A DNA stretch of 64,000 nt from Epiperipatus broadwayi (taxonomy: Eukaryota; Animalia; Onychophora), in contig JAQFVV010000008.1 of NCBI GenBank assembly GCA_028023455.1, forward strand, positions 5,146,001 through 5,210,000. The letters are read 5' to 3'. Shown here piece after piece: positions 1-11,498 of this stretch (positions are counted from its first letter, which is position 1; the number at the start of each line of letters is the position of its first letter). Both the position numbers and the translations under genes were made by a program. The notes under the pieces were generated by a model that ran no database searches, was not told where the DNA came from, and saw only the letters and a program-made list of their open reading frames with translations.

Positions 1-347
1 ATACTCTTTTGTCCAAAATCTACTTTTAATTCCTATTTTGGTTTGACTATAGATATTCAAATGTTTTTTCAACCCCCCCTCCCCACAATTATATTAAGAA
101 TGGAATGAAATTGTAATTATATTGACATTATTAGCTTTTTCAAAAATATTGTTTATAAATATCAAAATATATTAATTTTACTCTATTTTAGCCATTTCCA
201 TTGACATTTTTATTTTTTCTTACAAAAAACATAGTTTTCTTAAGCAAAAAAAAACAACAAAAGAACATTTTCTAATACAGTTCTTAATATTCATGTTTAA
301 TAATGTTATCACTCTTAGGGAACTTTTATAATAATTATACTTTAAAA

Positions 348-830
348 TATAGGGTATATGAGCACAGACTTTCACACGACCCACCACTCTCCACACCATC
401 TCATAACACTGATACACTTGAACACATATATGTTGAAAAAATAAATAATCACCAATATATTTCATGCTAAACCAGCAATCATCAGTTGGTCCAGATTATC
501 AACTCTACGCATATATCCTATAAGTGCTCAGATATATATTAAGATAGCCAATCCTCATACTTTAATGGACAGGCTTCAGTCTACTCCACACTCCAACTCT
601 TCAACTGCCCATCCAATTGAAAATATAATGATGAAATGGTCAAAGGCCACCCTGAGATTGAGATTCTTGTCACACCCATGTTGACCTAAGGTCAATCTGA
701 CCCCTCTGTATAGGACATAATCCATTTAATACATATACAAGGGATGGGCAGACATCTGTACTCTGTAATAACTGAAACACACAGGCTTATTATATACCTG
801 TGTCTATATAATAAGCCTGTGTGTTTCAGT
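348..830 (+). mobile_element. Penelope-like element 3' fragment (GIY-YIG C-terminal remnant, pLTR-like tail) bounded by a 19-bp direct repeat (probable TSD)
   Basis: TAATAATTATACTTTAAAA at 329-347 and 831-849; remnant peptides RVYEHRLS and DTLEHIYVEKINN resemble the PLE endonuclease end; 455-690 aligns by eye with 33040-33270. Confidence 0.55.
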
Positions 831-832
831 TA
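769..832. repeat. Perfect hairpin, 28-bp arms, 8-nt loop
   Basis: 769-796 is the exact reverse complement of 805-832. Confidence 0.95.
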
Positions 833-2421
833 ATAATTATACTTTAAAAGTACTGTAAACGAATATAATAATTTTTGAATGGTCTGAATTATACTTTTTT
901 TTTAATAATAATTTTCATTCAGTTTTGTTTCTTTAATGATAAAATATGATATTGATTTCCTTTTTTTTTTTTTTTTTTGCAATATCCAATTTTTTGTAGT
1001 TGATAGTTTACAAATGAGAGAACAGATGTTTTCTATCACCAGTTAATAAATCCTTTTAATTTATTTCTGCATATTCTCTATCTGAAATTAAATCATTCAT
1101 ATGTTTACATCTTTTTATCACTACTTTGAAATCTTAAATTTTTTGGACATTTGACGAACAGCATATATATATGCTCTTGATTTTAAAACTTGAATTAGGT
1201 CTTTTGCAGTAACAAAAAAAAAATTATATAGTCTGTGACTGATGAAATCACTAGACATTTGAAATCCGAAGTAACTTTTGAAAGAAAAAAATACCGTTCC
1301 AATAATTAACCAAAGTGGGTTATTTATTGCTGTTGTTCTTTACTTTTTTCAAATAGGAATCTGGATCGACCACTTGTCTATCATACCAAAATACAATGAA
1401 CATTGCTTTCTAATAAATCTTAAACATAAGATACTATAATACATTTTACTAATAACAATGTAATATCACTTTATTCTTTCAGTTTACTTATTTCTCAATA
1501 CTAATGGAATTTATTGAAAATTTGAGCAATAAATGCATATCAGATGGAGAAGAAACATAATAATCATTTGCAGATAAGTTGCTTTTTGCCTTTATCAATA
1601 AAGATTTGGATTTCAAAATTGAACTAATGTAAATATGTACCTGACAGATACTTATTAATTCTTTTATTTATTAAACATTTAACATATTTTTTTAAAAAAA
1701 GATGCAGTTAGAATAGAATTATTAAAATATATAGTTGCTGATCTGGCAGTTAGGTTCAAAACTTTGAATTTCAGGAAGCAGTCTAAAATTAGTTCAAATG
1801 AATCTCATGTACTTATTTATAATGGTAAATGACACAGACAATGGAGGTATAGGTTAAACTGCATTACCATTTGATAAATGCTGGTTGTATAAGTTTTTAG
1901 TAGATGATATTTTAATTGATAAATAAAATCTCTTATTAATAAATTGTGTTAAAGTAATTAGAAAATAGTAGAAAGGTACCATTATTCATAAAATTGTAGC
2001 TTTTGATTTATGATTTTTTGAATTTTTTAAGTCAGAATTTTTTCAACTTAACATATATTTCCTGCTTGTTTTTTATGCTATGGAAATATATAGAATCATG
2101 ATAAAAGGTAATCAGTGTCTGCAGATAACAATAATGATTTTACTTCTATTTTTATTGACTTATGAATAAATACCAAAAATCCATGATGAAGATTTCATAT
2201 TATTTACATTCAGTGATCTCATTATGTTACTAAGCCATAAATTTTCCATTTATATCGATCTGAACAATTTTTCTATACTTTATTTTATCCCATTTATCAA
2301 AACATTACAACTAACTGAATCTTAGACAAAATGTTTGTATACACCAAAAATTATTATATAAATTTTTGTCCAATCTTATAATCCTTTATAAATTTATTTA
2401 AACATACATAGAATATGTAAG

Positions 2422-2546
2422 TAATATTTCCTAAGGCTGTAAACCTCAAGAATATGCATGTAAGCTTGTGGTTGAGACCTGTAGAGGTCTCTACCTTCAC
2501 ATTTTCATGTGCATATTCTTGAAGTTTACAGCCTTAGTAAATATTA
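2422..2546. mobile_element. Foldback MITE-like element, copy 1
   Basis: 37-bp terminal inverted repeats with 2 mismatches (2422-2458 / 2510-2546); internal GAGACC...GGTCTC; termini resemble those of 42876-43040. Confidence 0.7.
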
Positions 2547-4469
2547 TAATCCTTTAGTAATTACATCTTGATTTGACCCAGATTGCATAGTGAGTATTTT
2601 GATTAAGCATACTGAGTAATGTTATACTTCTTTTACAGACCAAGTAAAATTTTAATAAAATAAAATTGAAGTGTTTTTTTTTTCCTAAATTTATAATACA
2701 TGTTTATCTTTAGGAAATAATTTAATTAAAACATCAGATTCTGAATTTTGAAATATTTAATTATTTTATTTGAGTCTAAAAGTGTAAGTGGAAAAAGTAT
2801 AAATGATTAAATAGAAACTTGTGGAATTATCAAAACTTTAAATAGAAACTGGAAAAATAGAACTTATATTTTCTAGAGATCAATTATAGTATTAGCATAG
2901 AATTTATTATTAGTAAACAAATGTGATACTGGTGTTAGTAACGAGTAAACAACATATAAATTAATAAGATGAAAACTATTTCAGAACAATTAGGTTCATT
3001 AAAAAATGAATCTTCAAATAAATATCAACTATAACATGTTCACAAGAAAACTGGCAGCCAATCAGATCATATGATTAAAAACTGATAATTGTGTTCAATA
3101 GCAATTACTGCATATTCTATCATGCCTATTCCCTGTTGAGAACCAAAAAAATTGGTTTAATATAGCTCAGAATTTTATACGTTTAGAATTTTTTCAAGTA
3201 AATAATTCAAAACCAACTCAGTAAGATAATAATCTTCACTATTCAGCAGGGCTTATCACAAGACTAGGAATACCGACTTCTATTTTCTGTACTTTTTATG
3301 ACTATATTCAAAAATCAATTAAAATATTTTAAAATGGTGAAATGAGGTTTAAGCTTGTCACATGACTAAATAGTAAATATAATATACATAATTGATAGAG
3401 TTTACAGAAAAAATATTTTTCATTTTAAAAATACATTTTTAAAAAAATCCCAGAAAAAAAAATTAGCAAAAATATTAAAGTACTGAAAATAAAATTGATT
3501 TTGTTTATTAAATAATAAAATCCCACCCCACCCCATGTTATGCATTTTCAGCAATGTTATTTCATGAATAAATGTAAATATTAATTTGAAACAGTGCTAC
3601 CAAGAGGGTTAATTTTCAGTTAGCAATAGACACTATTAGTTCTATCAAATAATAAGTATAAAATAGAATTTAAATGATAAATGGCTAATTTCTTGAGAGG
3701 TTGGGTGATGTTCAAACACATAATTAGTGTGTGACTTTTTTGGTACTATTTTTAAGTGCAGTGTTTGTTTCAGAAACGTTTAGCTTTCAAATCCAGAATT
3801 GTCATTGTTGGGCTCAATTTAGAACTATTAAAGTTTATGATATAACTTCTTTGCATTGAAATTCTTCTGATAGTTCAATAAACAATAATTTATTTTTTAA
3901 TAGTAATTTTAAAAAAATATTTCCTTTTGTTTGTTTCTATTTTTTTTAATCATTTTTAAGATCTGCATGACTTTATTTATAATTTTTTGGGGGATCAAAA
4001 TGCACTATATAATGATGAAACCTCTCTCTTCATTCTAGAAGTCAAAATGTAAGCATTGGCTGAATCAGTGGAAACTAAGATAGTAGAATAATTTGATATC
4101 CATGAATGTTTTGTAACTACTTTTCACCAGACAGAAAATAGCGACGTGATATAATAAAATACAGATTTTTTATTGAAATTAATAATCTATAAACTAATGA
4201 ACACACAAAATCTGTTAGCTACTTTATCTCTCTTTTTGTTGTTTTAAAACCTCCACAGCTTCTAAAATTTCAAACCCATTTTAATTTCTATCATATTCCC
4301 ATAATATTTTTATTATCCATTAAACAACTTTACTTTTAAAATAATTTTTATCATTAATCAATCCAACATAAAGCTGAAAGAACTGACTTAATTATTTCTA
4401 AATTTTTCAAAAATTAATTAGTTCTAATATTTTTAAATTAATATTTTCACCATTTTCTTTAGATAGTTT

Positions 4470-5990
4470 GATTCATATGTATAATAAATTATCTCTTTAA
4501 ATTGTAAATAATAAATATATATGTATGTATTAAACAGAAAACCAATCTTAAAATAAATATTAATAGCTGAGTGGCTTTCAATATTGTATAACAAACTCAT
4601 AGTTAACAAACTATCTAAACTCAATGATTGAAATTACAGAGCATGCTCAGTGGAATGCTAGTATATCTCTGATTAATAATGTTTTACCCTTACCAATAAA
4701 CCATGTCTCCTTCACATTTTTTTTTCTAATAATACATACCACATAATTTTTCTGAATATAAAACTCATGTCCAATATTTTTCTTATGATTAAAGAAAACA
4801 GAATTTAATTTAGAATCACATTTAGATTGTTTATATTGACATATATGTTGTTTAACTGCATTGACAAACTTTATCTCCCCATAGTAAACCACTCCACAAC
4901 CTGGTCTCTGGCACACAACAGAATAAACAACTTGATTTTTATCAGCCTGATGTAATTTATCCTTATAATTATTAATCAATCTATTAAAACACAAAGAAGA
5001 CCTAAGACCAACTTTAAAATCTTTATGTAGCACTTTTTCCAATTTCATATATATATGTTTGGAACATAATGCAAAGAAATCCATTTTTTATTATTTTTAA
5101 TTACAGACTTTATTTTAAAATTCTTATAAAACAATCTTCAGTGCCTATATAATAAACTCTTTATATACCCTACACTTACCAAATCCTTAACTCTCAATAT
5201 TCTGCTTCCTAACCCCCTAAAATTTGCATAAATATAAATTATAATACAAAAAAACTTTAAACTCTGACAGTTTACACTTTAAATGATTTCATGACAAAGG
5301 ATGTACAAAACATCTCACATTTAATAGCTTAATAATAATTTTATAATCTAACTCATTAGAGTTTCTAATTATATACACCTCCAAATATTTAAGCACTTAT
5401 TATTCTCAAACTCAATCATTCGGATTAAAATTAAATTCTCACTTAAACTTGTAAATATATCCTCGATTATCTTTCTTAGACCATATACAAACACATCCAT
5501 CTACATATATTCTATATATAATATCATATTCTTCCAGAATTGGCTTTATAACACACTCCTCAATCTCCAATACAAGCAATCTATGAATAACACCATTCAC
5601 TACCAACCCCATCAGTCAACTCTTTTTCATATAAAATAAATATCCATTATTAATTCATTTAAACATGTCAATAATTAATTTAACTTTACACACCTCTGTA
5701 CTATTTCCAAACAACCTTTTCTTAATAATGTTTATAGATTTAAAATGGCCAACCAATCTATATAATCCACATACATTTGGCAATGCCATAACATAACCAT
5801 TCATAATCTTAACAGAATTTAACATATGTGCAAAATCAAATGTAGATTTAACAGTAATTTCACCAAAGCCCAGTAACTCTTGCAATCATCTAGCCATCAG
5901 TTGAAATGATTTATAGTAATAATACCCATTAAAATCAATGATCAGCTTAAGAGGAACATTTTCTTTATGCAATTTTACATTAGCAAACTA
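4470..5990 (-). mobile_element. Decayed Penelope-like element (RT + GIY-YIG), left arm of inverted pair 1
   Basis: RT remnants KLHKENVPLK and KSTFDFAHMLNSVKIMNGYVMAL; ORF 4647-5084 with VVYSVVCQRPGCGVVYYGE (GIY-YIG-like). Confidence 0.85.
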
Positions 5991-6151
5991 ATGTGGAACA
6001 ATGTATAATACAATAATCAATCTAAATAAGATTGAAACAAACAACTAATTATAATTACAATTCTTTAATTATTATATATTAACTATATAGTGTAACAAGA
6101 TTGTGGATAAATAATTTTTATATTCAATATTTGACCATTATATGTAAATGG

Positions 6152-6477
6152 GGAACAATTGCAGCAGAAGGTTAAATCTTCAAATATTTCTTTCTAGGAA
6201 ACATTTTGCCTATATCTGGATGTAAAAACAGTATTACTAAAGTTAATTTCAAATTATACTTCTCAAATCTTTTAAATTTTAATTTATCAATTTGTTGATT
6301 TATTTTATCATTAAACACACACATCCATTAAAATAAAATTTAAATGTAAAAGATTTGAAAAGTATAATTTGAAATTAATGAAGGATACGTTTATTATTGC
6401 TGTTTTATGTCCACATATAGGCGTAATGGTTACCAGAACGGGATATTTGAAGATTTATTCTCTTGATGCAATTATTT
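6152..6477. repeat. Imperfect inverted repeat (about 130-bp arms) at the centre of PLE pair 1
   Basis: 6152-6279 aligns to the reverse complement of 6342-6477; spacer about 60 bp. Confidence 0.8.
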
Positions 6478-6494
6478 CATATTTGATTTAATAC

Positions 6495-7750
6495 TAAATT
6501 GCAGAAAGAAAAAGTTCACCTTAGGCTGAAGATGGATTTTGGTGGATGTTATTATTTTAAAATGTCTCAACTTGTAGCGAGATGGTTTCACAAGTTTCTG
6601 GGTTTTTATAGGATTACTGTTAGACTTAATACAAATGTTAAATACTACTAAGATTGTTGATGGTTATGTTATGGCATTGCTGGATGTATGTGAATTATAT
6701 GGATTGCTTGACTGTTTGCAATCTATAACACTTGTTAAAAAAGGTTGTCGGGAAATAGTATAGAAGTCTGTAAAGTTAAATTTATGAGTGGTGTTATTTG
6801 TAATTTGTTTGTATCAGAGATTGAGGAATGTTATAAGACCATTGTTGGAAGAATGTTATGATATTATATATAGAAGATAATGTGAATAATGTATTAGTAT
6901 ATAGTTGAAGAAAGGTAATTAAGGATATGTTTACAAGTTTGAATGGAAATTTAGTTTTAATGTGGATGATTTAAGTTTGAGAATAGTATGTCTTTAAAAT
7001 ATTTGAATATGTGTGCAAATAAATACTGCTGTCAGTTTGATTATAAAATCATTAAGTCATTAAATGTGAAAAGTTTTGTGCATACTTTGTCATGCACTCC
7101 TTTAAGGTATAATCTGTTAAGTTTAAATGTTTTCTATATCATAATTTTTATTTGTGTAAATATGAGGTGTTTGATTTGGTTTAAGTATGAGATATAAGGA
7201 GTTTTTATTATATAGGCATTTAAGATTGTTTTATAAAAATCTTAATTTCTGTTGTGATTAAAAGTAATATAGAATGGATTTCTTTAACTTATGTTCCAAA
7301 TTTACATGTGAAATTGGAAAAAGTGGTGTGCAAAGGTTTCAGATCTTTGTGTTTGAATAGACTGATTAATACTTCTAAGGATAGAGTGTATCAAGCTGAC
7401 AAAAATCAAATTGTTTATTCTGTTGCATTCCAGACACTAGGTTGTAGAGCAATTTATTATGGAAAGCTGAAGGCTAGTTTGTCAATGTGTCTGAGGCAGC
7501 ATATGTACCAGTCTAAAAAATCTAAATGTGATTCTAGATTAAATTCTATTTTATTGAATCACAAATTTTCAAAAAGTTTTGTGATATGTAGTGAAACAAA
7601 TGATAGAAAGAAGATGATGAAGAAGGCATGGTTTATTGCTAAGAGTAAAAATATTATTAATCAGAGACATACTAGCATTCTACTGAGCATGCTTTGGAAT
7701 TTTAACCATTAAATTTAAATAGTTTGTTTAAGTTTGGTTCTCTCTTTATC
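6495..7750 (+). mobile_element. Decayed Penelope-like element (RT + GIY-YIG), right arm of inverted pair 1
   Basis: ORF 7254-7712 (QADKNQIVYSVAFQTLGCRAIYYGK...KAWFIAKSKNIINQR) is homologous to 4647-5084; upstream RT remnants are collinear with the left arm. Confidence 0.85.
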
Positions 7751-10700
7751 TTAATCTGTTTATTGCCCCTTCCATTTCTATTAAATACAATAAAAGCAAA
7801 AAAATGGGGTTTTTTAATTAATTCTACATTATGTTTAATCATAACTGACTATATTAATAAAAGATAACTATTATGCAATGTGATTTTAATAATTATTAAA
7901 CTAAGTAAGAACATAGTTGTATTATCATTATTTGCATAATTAGCTAGAAAGGCAAAAATGAATTTTTCAGAAGCCCTTTGCACTCCTACCTAAAATTTAC
8001 TCAATAATTTTAGCTTTCAAGTGATGAGATATATATTTTTATTAACTGCTAACCAAAAAACTCTCATGATGTGTGGCATTAAAATTTATCATGATTTTAA
8101 TAGCTTACTGCAATTTGTCATAGTAAGAACTTTTTTGCCATACTTATCTCTCATTGTATAGATTGATGTTATTGAAAGTCATGGTAAATTTGACTAATGA
8201 AAGCATTATATGTATTTTTAAATAGTAATTGTGCAACAAATATCAAATTTCCTGAAGATTTGAATCATTAAATCATTTTCATTAGTTTAACTTGTAATGT
8301 TTATTGCAATCTAAACAGTAATTTAACAAAAGTAAAATATTAATTCAAGATTCTGTTGCTATATTATATTTTATTATTATCACTATCTTCATCATATCAA
8401 ATTCTGAAATATCTTTTATAATGTCATATGTCAACAATCATATGAGTACATACTAATAGATCTAAAATGTTTAGTAAACAAAAGTTATACAACACTGAAT
8501 GGAATTTCATTCTTATATTTATCATTGTAGTAACTTAGACTATTAATGATAGTAGTATCACTTTTGTTTATGAAGCATTTTAAACATAATGATATGAAAG
8601 TTATAGTATTATTGCTATGTGATATTATAAGATGGGAAAATTCATAATTTATTATAAAGTATTTATTGCAAAAAAATTTATAATATTACTTATTGGGAAT
8701 GACATAGATGTTTCATAACATTATTTAAAAATGAATATTGAGTGACTCTGCCTTGGGAACATTAATTGAATCTATTTAAAATAGGTGTTGAATATATCAC
8801 TTATCAAAAATAATAAAGTTTTATCAAGCATTAATTACTATGTATTATCACAGAGTGAATTCATGATAATGTTCAATAAGAGTGAATCCTTAGATAACAT
8901 TACTGTTTGAATTCTTTTTAATTTTATCAAATCCTCACAATAAACATAATTCTTTTATGCTTAATACTTAAATAATAATAATAACGTCATTCAGCATAGT
9001 GTCTTAAAATAATATAATTATTTTTAATTTAAAATTCTAAATTCCAAAGTGATGCTGAAATAAATGAACATTTAATTTAACAAAACTGATTTTAATTCTA
9101 TAACACATATTTATTATACCAATTTGCATGGTGTGATCTGGCTTATTAGTAGAGTGATAAAGTCAAAAGTTCTTAAAATGAAAACTCTATTCATCACTTG
9201 TGATGTATTAACATCACATGATCTCCTAAATGATAAACTATTCAATTTATTAATAATAATATTAAATAAATATTGTTATAATCCATGTAAGATATCAGTA
9301 ATTAACATTATATTATTATATACTATAAAATATGGATACACACAGTATATAAATTACTTGTATTTGACTAGACATTATATCAGTTTTGTTATATTACATA
9401 TGACAATGTATATCTAGTAATTTAATATACATATAGCATTATTAATAGTCAATTACTGAATTGTTTTAATTGTTTATTTCCATCTATTTTATAGTTATTT
9501 TCTTCTTTTAAAATCTAGAAAATTAATATCGATCAAAATACAATGAGTTTTCTATGCTTTTAATTTACTTTACCATTGATATTTGATAGTTCTGAATTGA
9601 GTCAGCAATGATAATTCTGTATTTGGAAATTAAATGTCATTTGAAAAATTCTATTTAAAATAATAAAAAAAGACATACATTGGTCATCATATTCTGTATG
9701 TTACTTCGTATTTGAACATTAGCTGACTTCTCAAGAAGTTAACCATTTATTCAAAAGATTATATCATATTTTTGCAAGATAAACTATAAATTTTGACTAT
9801 TTCTTCCTTTTGTTTTTCATTTTTCTCTTTTTTAAATATTTAGTTATGCTCTGTGAAGTTCACCATAGTGATAGCAGATCTTTTTTTAGCTAAATAAAGT
9901 ATAAAGATTTAAAAACTCTTATTTGACTCATCAAATATCTATTTCCACTGAATAAATTCTTCTTCTTCTAATATTCAATTAATTTATATTTGATATTTAC
10001 TAAAACAAACTCTTCTACTTTCTTCTTCTCATGTATGAATTAAAAGCTACAATCCACTCAATGTCACTTGATTCTAAAATCAACTTCATAATGTGATTAA
10101 TCAATAGAATCCATAAGTGCTAATCAGTTTCTCAAAGATAAGTGCATAAAGTATTAGAATTAATAGCTTTTATTAAAATACAATATGTTTTCTGTGCTAT
10201 ACAATATTTTCAGGGGAAGGAAATATTTGATTTGGATAACATCATCTCTGATAATGTGTCTCATTCACAGAAAACTTACTCTTGGTTTAATAAAAATCAT
10301 TTTACATAACATCATTAATTTCTTCTTATGTTAAAGAGTCAAAAGTACCTACAGTTAACAAATATATAGATTCATAAACTAGAATCATTTGTAAAGCACC
10401 ATTTAAGTAGACTGGCATGATGTGAGATTGATTTGAAAACTTTAAATCATTAGTTTCAATAATTAAATAAATAGAAGCAAAGGTGGCTTCTGAATGGATG
10501 TATACAATCTAATGTTCCTTAATGAAAAGAACCAATAACTAAAAATTAATCTGGGTTCACTTTAATTCTATCATCTAATGTTTGTTATTTACTCATGCTT
10601 ACATTGATACCTGTACTATAAAGTGATATATAGCATGTTACTGTGGTTGATGTATTATTCTTGATAACACGTTTAGCCATTCACATCATTGTTCAAATGT

Positions 10701-11371
10701 TCTAAATAGTTTAATAGTCACAAATAATTCACCAGTTTGGTTTTAAACTTTTTATAATTTTATTGGAACATTTTTGATAAATGTGTAACTTTTAAATCTA
10801 ATTATATAGAATATAAATAAATCACATTTTATACCAAATTTGATGTGAAAAGTTTGGAATTGGTATTGTGATTTGATTTAGCACAATTGTTTATTCTTTC
10901 CTAATCTTAATAATGTGATGTGTCATGTCATTTTGAAATTTCTTTGGGTTTATAATACCTTTTTAAATTTTAAGTCTCTCCTGGGATGAATATGATATTA
11001 TTTGATAGAAGTGTAACTACTAACTTTTTTCATTATATAATAATCTATCCTATGGTTAAATAAAATATCTAACCCATAAAAATTTTGACAGAAGTCCTGA
11101 TAATTCATAATATTTTATTTAAAAAAATATCATAATGTATAAATTTTTTAATTAGTTTTAGATATGTTGAGACATTATTTTCAATGTTGTCTAATGATTC
11201 CTAAAATTGTAAATGTTTTATAATTTAGATATGATTTTAACAAATATTTTTCCAAGATATTTTTTACATTCCAATAACCATAAAAAATACTTTTTAGTGC
11301 CTATTTTCGCTCAATCAGAACAGAGATTGGAATGTAGTTAATTGCATCCAATCACTTTTTCGGTGAAATGT

Positions 11372-11498
11372 TTCTTAAACACTTCAACAATACTATTTTT
11401 ACAGTTTTGACTGTCCTGCAGTCATCATCAGAGCTCTAATGATGATGACTACAGTACAGTCAAAACCGTAAAAATAGTATTGTTGAAGTGTTTAAGAA
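11372..11498. repeat. 127-bp near-perfect palindrome built from a hammerhead/pLTR-like fragment
   Basis: Arms differ by 3 substitutions and a 3-nt indel, centre AGAGCTCT; each arm reads (C/A)TGATGA-T-GACT(G/A)-loop-CAGTC-AAAAC outward. Confidence 0.85.

Noticed and set aside
1232-1278. CTGATGA...TGAAAT hammerhead-like string
   Set aside because: Helix II is only 3 weak pairs, U16.1 is missing and helix I is mismatched.
6526-6545. CTGAAGATGG as a hammerhead core
   Set aside because: It is the coding RT motif region collinear with 5940-5960 of the inverted arm; no helix II or GAAA.
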